64,000 bases of DNA, from the NCBI GenBank assembly GCA_965217115.1, contig OZ244239.1, positions 2,048,001 through 2,112,000 on the forward strand, written 5' to 3'. The notes beneath the pieces are model-generated. The model was not told the DNA's origin. It saw nothing but the letters and a program-made list of their open reading frames with translations, and did not search any database. How positions within the stretch are numbered: position 1 is the stretch's first letter; the number at the start of each line of letters is the position of its first letter. Of the stretch, positions 58,152 to 64,000 are shown piece after piece. This stretch comes from Bdellovibrionales bacterium (GTDB taxonomy: Bacteria; Bdellovibrionota; Bdellovibrionia; Bdellovibrionales; CAYMLA01). A program made the translations under genes and the position numbers.

Positions 58152-58847
58152 TTATGAAACTTGTGATCTCAACCAATGGCCTAGCTTGGTTTGTTCGGAG
58201 AGAAGCTTATTGGGTATGGATTCAAACTTAGTGAGATAATGGGAGAGCTTCCTCAGGTCCTCTTCTGTGTTGACCTTGAAGTCTTGGGACAGAGTGTGGA
58301 CCTCCCCGCGTTTTTTTAAAACATCGTGGAATTCATTAAAAGCCTTATCAGATGTGTGAGAAACAGATTTCCATTCTTGGAATGAGAGGTTGGCCTGACT
58401 GCCGTAAAGGTAGTAGCCGCCCCCATGACAAGGGCCAAGAACAAATTGATTTTGCAATGTCTTTTCAATGGCAAGCTCTATACAAGAAGGTTCTATGTGA
58501 GGCTGATGGGGGGTCATAAAAAGAACAGCATCGTGCATTTCGAGTAAAGAGTCTTCTATGGATGCCAAGCACTCCCCAATGTCAAGACCACTTGTTGGTT
58601 GTAGAATTTTATTAAAATTTTGCCAAAGCCCGTTCTGTAGGCCAGCCTCTTCAGCAATAGCCCAGTAGGGGGTGAGTTTAAAATCCTGTACTTGGGATGA
58701 AATTTTGAGGATAACTTCCTCAATGGCTTTTATAGATTGAATGTAAAACTCATTAATGGCCTCTGGGCCTAAGCTTCGTATTAAATCTAATTTTATAGGT
58801 GATAGACCAGGTGTTTTAACAAAAATAGCGAGGGCGATGTTTTTCAT
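58152..58847 (-). CDS. DUF2064 / TIGR04282-like nucleotidyl- or glycosyltransferase-fold protein
   Basis: 'AIFVKTPGLSPIK', 'FVLGPCHGGGYYLYG', 'VNTEEDL'. Confidence 0.7.
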   Translation of the reverse strand: MKNIALAIFVKTPGLSPIKLDLIRSLGPEAINEFYIQSIKAIEEVILKISSQVQDFKLTPYWAIAEEAGLQNGLWQNFNKILQPTSGLDIGECLASIEDSLLEMHDAVLFMTPHQPHIEPSCIELAIEKTLQNQFVLGPCHGGGYYLYGSQANLSFQEWKSVSHTSDKAFNEFHDVLKKRGEVHTLSQDFKVNTEEDLRKLSHYLTKFESIPNKLLSEQTKLGHWLRSQVS

Positions 58848-58881
58848 AGTGTCTGTCCTTTTATTGGTTTTGGAGATCTCT

Positions 58882-61239
58882 TTAGTGAAGCTCTGCCCAT
58901 GTCACTCCTGAAGAAGTGTCTTTTGAATCAGTTTCTGTCTTCTTAGCAGATGAAGACCATTTTTGTACATAGAGACTTCGTGATAAATAGGAGCGGATCG
59001 CTTTCTTTAAAGAATCAGTGCCATGGCCGTGTATGATTTTAACACGGTCTTCCTGTTGCAGGGTTGCTTTGTCTAATTGTATCTCTAGAGTTTCCAGGGC
59101 CCCATCAACTGTGAGTCCTCTCAGGTCTACAGTGCGAAATCCTCCGGACGTATCATACTGATGTCCACGGAGAGTTTTTGCCGTGGGGTTCTGTGTTGAT
59201 TTTGGAGGTAATAACTCATGCCATGGCAGTATAAGACGTAGAGAGTTGGCCAGAACAGGGACTAAGCCTTTTTGATTGGGCGTTCCCTGAACAATCCCAT
59301 TTTGTTTGAGATGGGAAACAAAGACATTAGACCCAGGGGGAAATTTATCTGCAAAAGCTTCGGGAGAGTCTACGACATTAGATGAAGAATCTCTGTTGTT
59401 ACCTGCGGAGCGGATAATCTGAGGGAATTCTTTTTTTATTTGTGAGAGGGTTTCGTGTTTACGGAAAATTTGTTCAACTTTTGTATTGCTTATCATATGG
59501 TCAAGTGTTCTCTCTGCCTTCTTGACAGATTTTTCTAGGTGTTGTTGTTTTTCCTTTTCAAACCCGTGTAATAAACTCTCGTAGTGACTTTTTAGTTTAT
59601 TAACTTCCTTTCGTTCTTGGTTGAGAGAGTTTCTCATAGCCAGAATATCTCTTCTGAGGGTTTCTATATCCTCCATGCTCTCTAAATGTTTTTGAGATTC
59701 TGGAGACAAGAAGTCAATGGCCTGTTTGATGATGGCTGTATTTATGCCGATTCTCTTTGCTGTCTGTATGGCTAAGGATTCACCTGCAATGCCTGGAAGA
59801 AATTGATAGGTAGGAATATCTTTTGCCTTGTCGTATTCCAAGCTGCCGTTGATAACTTTTGAGGATTCTGACCAGCCGACTTTAAGTGGGCCTAAATGAC
59901 TTGTGATAACACCGTAGACTTTGTTGTCAGCGTAGGCATTGATAAAACTTCGAGCGATGGCACTGCCTTCCTCGGGATCTGTTGAGCCACAGATTTCATC
60001 GATAAGAACCAATGATCGGGGTCCTTTGTATTTTAGATTTTCATTTAATATTTTTAAATGGGCGGCGAATGTGCTCAAATGCTCATCCACACTCTGGGCA
60101 TCTCCAACGGCAACGGTGATGTGTTCAAAGAAAGGAACGAGGGAATCCTTTTCGGCACAGATGGGTAGACCACATCGTGCCATGTGTGCAGTTAAACCGA
60201 TGGCTTTGAGAAGAATTGTCTTTCCCCCTGCATTGGGTCCAGAGAGGAGTAATATTTGTTTCTCCCTGTCGAGAGACACATCATTGGCAACAATGGATGT
60301 TGAATGGTTGGATAGGTTTTGTGTCTCAAAAACAAGCAGAGGGTGACGAACTGAATTAAGCTCTAATTTATCTTCAGAAAAACGACAGGGGTTTGCCCCA
60401 ATGAGTTGTGTGAAACGGGCAAGGGAGAGAATGATATCGACCTCTACCATAAGCCCATAGGATTGTTGAAACTGTTCAAGCAGGGATCTGAGATAAAGGC
60501 TGAGTTTTCTAAGGAGTCGCTCTATTTCATCTTCAATATCGATTTCAATCTGTCGAATGCGATTGTTGATGGGGATAATTTGTTGGGGTTCCATAAAGAC
60601 AGTTTGTTTCGAATTACTAGATGCGTGAATGACGCCTTCTATCTCGTGTTGCATTCCTCCTTTGATAGGCAGAACCCAGCGACCCTCTCGGGTTGTTACG
60701 TACTTATCTTGTAGAATAGGTTCCATGCCGTGATCTTTTGTCAGGTGATCCAAGGTTTTACTGATCTCGCGCGCGAGGGACCTTTTCTCTTTAATGAGTT
60801 GGCTGAGTTTCTCACTGGCGTCAGTGCGAATCTCTCCAGAGGGTGTCATGATGGAGTCAATTTTTTCTAAAGGGGCAGAGGCATCTAGGAGTTCTTCCTG
60901 TAAGAACTCAATCCACTCTCTGGAGCTGTTTTCGATGAACTCTTTGAGTGTTAGAGCTTCTTGGCAAAACCAGCGCACATCTTTTATTTCGAGAATCTTG
61001 AGGACGGCCTCTTTTTTGAGTCGAGAGGCCCAGGGGTTAAAAAAATCTAAGCTCTCCATAAAAGGCCTAGGCCCTTGGTGTAGGAGAGAGCAAGCATCGT
61101 CAATTTTTTGAAAACTCCGACAGGCCTCTCGACTTGATGGAAGGGGAGCAAGGAGGGAAATTTTTTCTTTTGCAACATCGCTCGTGGCAAGAGGTTGAAT
61201 TTTTCTAATGACGTCAGTCCAATCAATATGACTTAGCAT
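58882..61239 (-). CDS. mutS2: endonuclease MutS2
   Basis: 'SGPNAGGKT', 'LSTFAAH', 'IDEICGSTDPEEG', C-terminal Smr domain 'VDLRG...IIHGHGT'. Confidence 0.95.
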   Translation of the reverse strand: MLSHIDWTDVIRKIQPLATSDVAKEKISLLAPLPSSREACRSFQKIDDACSLLHQGPRPFMESLDFFNPWASRLKKEAVLKILEIKDVRWFCQEALTLKEFIENSSREWIEFLQEELLDASAPLEKIDSIMTPSGEIRTDASEKLSQLIKEKRSLAREISKTLDHLTKDHGMEPILQDKYVTTREGRWVLPIKGGMQHEIEGVIHASSNSKQTVFMEPQQIIPINNRIRQIEIDIEDEIERLLRKLSLYLRSLLEQFQQSYGLMVEVDIILSLARFTQLIGANPCRFSEDKLELNSVRHPLLVFETQNLSNHSTSIVANDVSLDREKQILLLSGPNAGGKTILLKAIGLTAHMARCGLPICAEKDSLVPFFEHITVAVGDAQSVDEHLSTFAAHLKILNENLKYKGPRSLVLIDEICGSTDPEEGSAIARSFINAYADNKVYGVITSHLGPLKVGWSESSKVINGSLEYDKAKDIPTYQFLPGIAGESLAIQTAKRIGINTAIIKQAIDFLSPESQKHLESMEDIETLRRDILAMRNSLNQERKEVNKLKSHYESLLHGFEKEKQQHLEKSVKKAERTLDHMISNTKVEQIFRKHETLSQIKKEFPQIIRSAGNNRDSSSNVVDSPEAFADKFPPGSNVFVSHLKQNGIVQGTPNQKGLVPVLANSLRLILPWHELLPPKSTQNPTAKTLRGHQYDTSGGFRTVDLRGLTVDGALETLEIQLDKATLQQEDRVKIIHGHGTDSLKKAIRSYLSRSLYVQKWSSSAKKTETDSKDTSSGVTWAELH

Positions 61240-62867
61240 GATGGGTCTCTGTATTTTTTTAAGGCTAGAAATGCGAGGAGAGAAAACAACAGAACCCAGG
61301 GGAGTCGATAACCATATTTTTGGTAAAAAGTAATGGGAGCGGGTGTAATATAGGGGATTTCAAAAAATCCCATCCACTCTTCTCCGATGGGGGAAGATTG
61401 GAGAATGGTTCCATCGGCGAGTATTGCGCCCGAAATTCCAGTGTTGGTATTACGAATAAGGGGACGACGGAACTCTATAGCCCGAGCCATAGTCATGTAA
61501 CTGTTCTGATAGGGTTCAAAAGTTTGACCAAGCCAAGAGTCATTGGCGTGGTTGATAAAAATCTCAGCCCCCTTGTCGGCAAATTTTTTCATGTATAACG
61601 GGAAGAGGCTTTCATAACAAATACTGGGTCCTATTTTGATGTTATCACTGGTCACAAATGTTTTTGCACCAATGCCTTTGCCAAATGGAGATGAGAATGG
61701 AAGTAAATAATAAAGGAAAGGAAAAATATCTCCAAAAGGGGCGTACTCTCCCCAAGGCAAGAGGATGTGTTTGCGATAGGGGGTCGAAATCAATTCACCA
61801 TTCTTATCTAGGTAGAAGAGTCCATTGGATGTTTTTTTCTCTCCTTCTTCATTGGGGAGCAAATCTTTAGAATAGGCTCCAGTGAGTAGGGGGATTTGTA
61901 TTTGTTTTACGAAGAGTTTCAACTGTGAGGGAAGCCTGCGCAGGTGGCGGTGCTTATCAAAGGACACTGGGAATGCTGTTTCAGGCCATAGGATCAACTG
62001 AGTCTCAGGATGTTTATCGATCCCCTCCCTGGTCATCGTCATAAATTTATTAACAATGTATGAGCGAAACTCCTCTCCTTCTTGGGCATAGACCTTCATG
62101 AGATTACCAATGTTCGCTTGGACCTGTAGAATATTTAATTGGGTTTTTTGAGATTGATTTTTCCGTGACCAAGTCAGTTGTTTTTGATAACCCCAAAATT
62201 GGAAGGTCAGAAATAATAGAGATGCTGTGGCGATGGCAGTGATCATGTGTCGACGTGCCTTTGGTTTTTTCTCTAAGGGTGTTCTGCTCTGCCAATAGGC
62301 GTAGGCGATCAATGCATTGATGATATAAGTGACAAGGCTTAATCCTTGGAAGCCTATGGTGTCGGCCATCTGTGCTCCAGGCCATTGCGCCCAGAGCCAG
62401 GAGTATCCCAAGTTCCATGGAAAGATGGAAGGCCAAAAAGTTTCCATGAGAAAATGAATACAGGCGAGACTCAGAAGAGAGGCGAGGGGTCCTAAGTTAA
62501 AATATTTTTTAACTCGCCACCAAATGACAGCAGAGAGGGGGATATAAAGATGTATGAACATGGCAAATAAGATAAGGACAGGGATTGCAAGTATCCATGG
62601 CAGATATCCAAACTCGTGGGCGGTGCCGGCCACCCAATGAAAACCTATCAGAGTGAATAGAAACTGGGCGAACCAACTCGTGAGAAAAACTTGCTTGATT
62701 GTTAGAGTACAGGGTTTGTCCTCTGAACATTTAAAAAGAAAAAACCATAGAAACGAAAACCCAAAAAAGATAGCCCAAGGTGGGAATGGGATATAGCTGG
62801 TACCAATGAGAAGCCCAGTTAATAGAGGGGCTTGATATTTTTTTAAATGGGACAGACAATCTTTCAT
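61233..62867 (-). CDS. lnt: apolipoprotein N-acyltransferase
   Basis: 'FPWNLGY', 'QANIG', 'WPET', 'YRKHILLPWGEY', 'ICYE', 'NDSW'. Confidence 0.95.
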   Translation of the reverse strand: MKDCLSHLKKYQAPLLTGLLIGTSYIPFPPWAIFFGFSFLWFFLFKCSEDKPCTLTIKQVFLTSWFAQFLFTLIGFHWVAGTAHEFGYLPWILAIPVLILFAMFIHLYIPLSAVIWWRVKKYFNLGPLASLLSLACIHFLMETFWPSIFPWNLGYSWLWAQWPGAQMADTIGFQGLSLVTYIINALIAYAYWQSRTPLEKKPKARRHMITAIATASLLFLTFQFWGYQKQLTWSRKNQSQKTQLNILQVQANIGNLMKVYAQEGEEFRSYIVNKFMTMTREGIDKHPETQLILWPETAFPVSFDKHRHLRRLPSQLKLFVKQIQIPLLTGAYSKDLLPNEEGEKKTSNGLFYLDKNGELISTPYRKHILLPWGEYAPFGDIFPFLYYLLPFSSPFGKGIGAKTFVTSDNIKIGPSICYESLFPLYMKKFADKGAEIFINHANDSWLGQTFEPYQNSYMTMARAIEFRRPLIRNTNTGISGAILADGTILQSSPIGEEWMGFFEIPYITPAPITFYQKYGYRLPWVLLFSLLAFLALKKYRDPSC

Positions 62868-63292
62868 AGGGGGATTTAAGCATAGAATTTTTGGAGGGCC
62901 AACTTGGATTTTCTAGACATGGAATGGCCTCTACAGGGCTGGCGACGGAATTAATAACTAAAACTTTAAAGTGCAACGATCTGTCATTTGAGAACTCACA
63001 GGAGCGGTCTGGCGCGTTTTTATGGGCAGAAGACGGTGGGAGTGGGTTTGCCAAGGCCCCCCCTTAAAGGCAGAATTGCTGAAAAATTAAGCACAAAAAA
63101 TAAGCTGAAAAAGAGGTGAAAGCCTCTAAATCCTCCCCTCTAGAGGAACCCCGTGGAGGGAAGTTCAATAAATCAGCCCCTGTTCTTGAGGGTGTGTTTT
63201 TCGACGAGTTTTGTGATGACTGGAGATTGGAGTGTCGGTTGGAGTGTCGAGACTGTTGAGGCTCGTCATTTTGTGGGCGCATAGGATCGGCA

Positions 63293-64000
63293 TTATTTTT
63301 CAGCAGAAGGTAGAGCTTTTAGGAGTTCCTGTCCAAAGCTCGAGGCGTTTGCCGTGGAGGAATTTGTCTTTTTCACAGCACTGCTGCCGTCGGAGGCAAA
63401 TTTACCTTGCTCCATTGATTGTGTGTTAGAAGCGATGATTCCATTTCGGGAAACCCCTTTATCCAGTGTGACAAGGGCTTTGAATAAATTGAGTTTTCTT
63501 GATGTTCCTGTTTTGGCAAGGAGTTCTTTGCTGCGATCTCCCGTTTGGAGAAGGTACTTACTCACTTCAGCGCTGGAGAAATGGGGAAAACGTGACATCA
63601 CTAAGACAGCTCCACCGGCGACAAAACTGGTTGCTTGGGATGTGCCTGTCATATATCCGTATTGACTGTTGGGGAGGGTGGATAAAATATTCTCTCCAGG
63701 GGCAGCAATATCAACAGTTTCAATACCGTAGTTGCTGGATTTTAAAACTTTGAGACTTGGGTTGAGAGCTGTGACAGAAATAATATTATCCAAGGAATAA
63801 TCGGCAGGGTAGTATTTGTGAAGATCAGAGTTGGATTTTTCATTACCAGCGGCAGCGACAAAGAGAATGCCTTCTTTTCGTGCGGTTTCTATAGCGTTAA
63901 ATTCAGCCGCACTGTACTCTAGGCCGCCACCAGAGTAATTGATGATACGGATTCTCTCTTTATGTCCCTGTGCTTTTAGGATGCGCGACATTTTGATGAT
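63293..64000 (-). CDS. S8 subtilisin-like serine protease, C-terminal part (5' end outside window)
   Basis: 'VAAAGNE', 'DIAAPGENILST', 'GTSQAT' (catalytic Ser). Confidence 0.92.
   Translation of the reverse strand: MIKMSRILKAQGHKERIRIINYSGGGLEYSAAEFNAIETARKEGILFVAAAGNEKSNSDLHKYYPADYSLDNIISVTALNPSLKVLKSSNYGIETVDIAAPGENILSTLPNSQYGYMTGTSQATSFVAGGAVLVMSRFPHFSSAEVSKYLLQTGDRSKELLAKTGTSRKLNLFKALVTLDKGVSRNGIIASNTQSMEQGKFASDGSSAVKKTNSSTANASSFGQELLKALPSAEK

Noticed and set aside
62868..63292. GC-richer intergenic stretch and short ORFs between lnt and the S8 protease
   Set aside because: No recognisable RNA family or protein motif could be supported by eye.

Overview
Bacterial chromosomal DNA, most likely from a Bdellovibrionota-type organism. 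This is inferred from the rimP-nusA-infB-rbfA-truB-rpsO-pnp-M16-dut gene order, the sigma-54 promoters and the many orphan secreted proteins and lipoproteins. The window has two parts. (1) About 0.56-32.6 kb is an AT-richer accessory region bounded by two convergent tRNAs, tRNA-Arg(ACG) on + and tRNA-Pro(GGG) on -, whose 3' ends face into it. It carries an SSS symporter with a small partner protein, an FRG-domain/19xTPR protein, and two near-identical 'mobile mystery protein A/B' loci in which the Fic partner was broken independently in each copy. It also holds S9 and papain-like peptidases, an ankyrin lipoprotein, two GNATs, an argR/argG/argH module with ARG boxes, an HNH-like fusion and about 15 orphan signal-peptide genes, several of them pseudogenised. 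These genes are joined by recurring short intergenic modules: direct repeats that bracket single genes, a TTACTCA-N2-TGAGTAA palindrome/leader family, a shared lipoprotein N-terminus, and two inward-facing IS3-like ends. No integrase, complete transposase, reverse transcriptase or CRISPR array was seen. (2) About 32.7-64 kb is mostly housekeeping: mdh, RluA, tRNA-Leu, the translation operon, pnp, dut, LPS/lipoprotein genes, mutS2, lnt and a partial S8 protease. It also contains an unexplained 33-bp perfect inverted-repeat element at 57.8 kb. All family assignments are from motif recognition by eye, with no database search.
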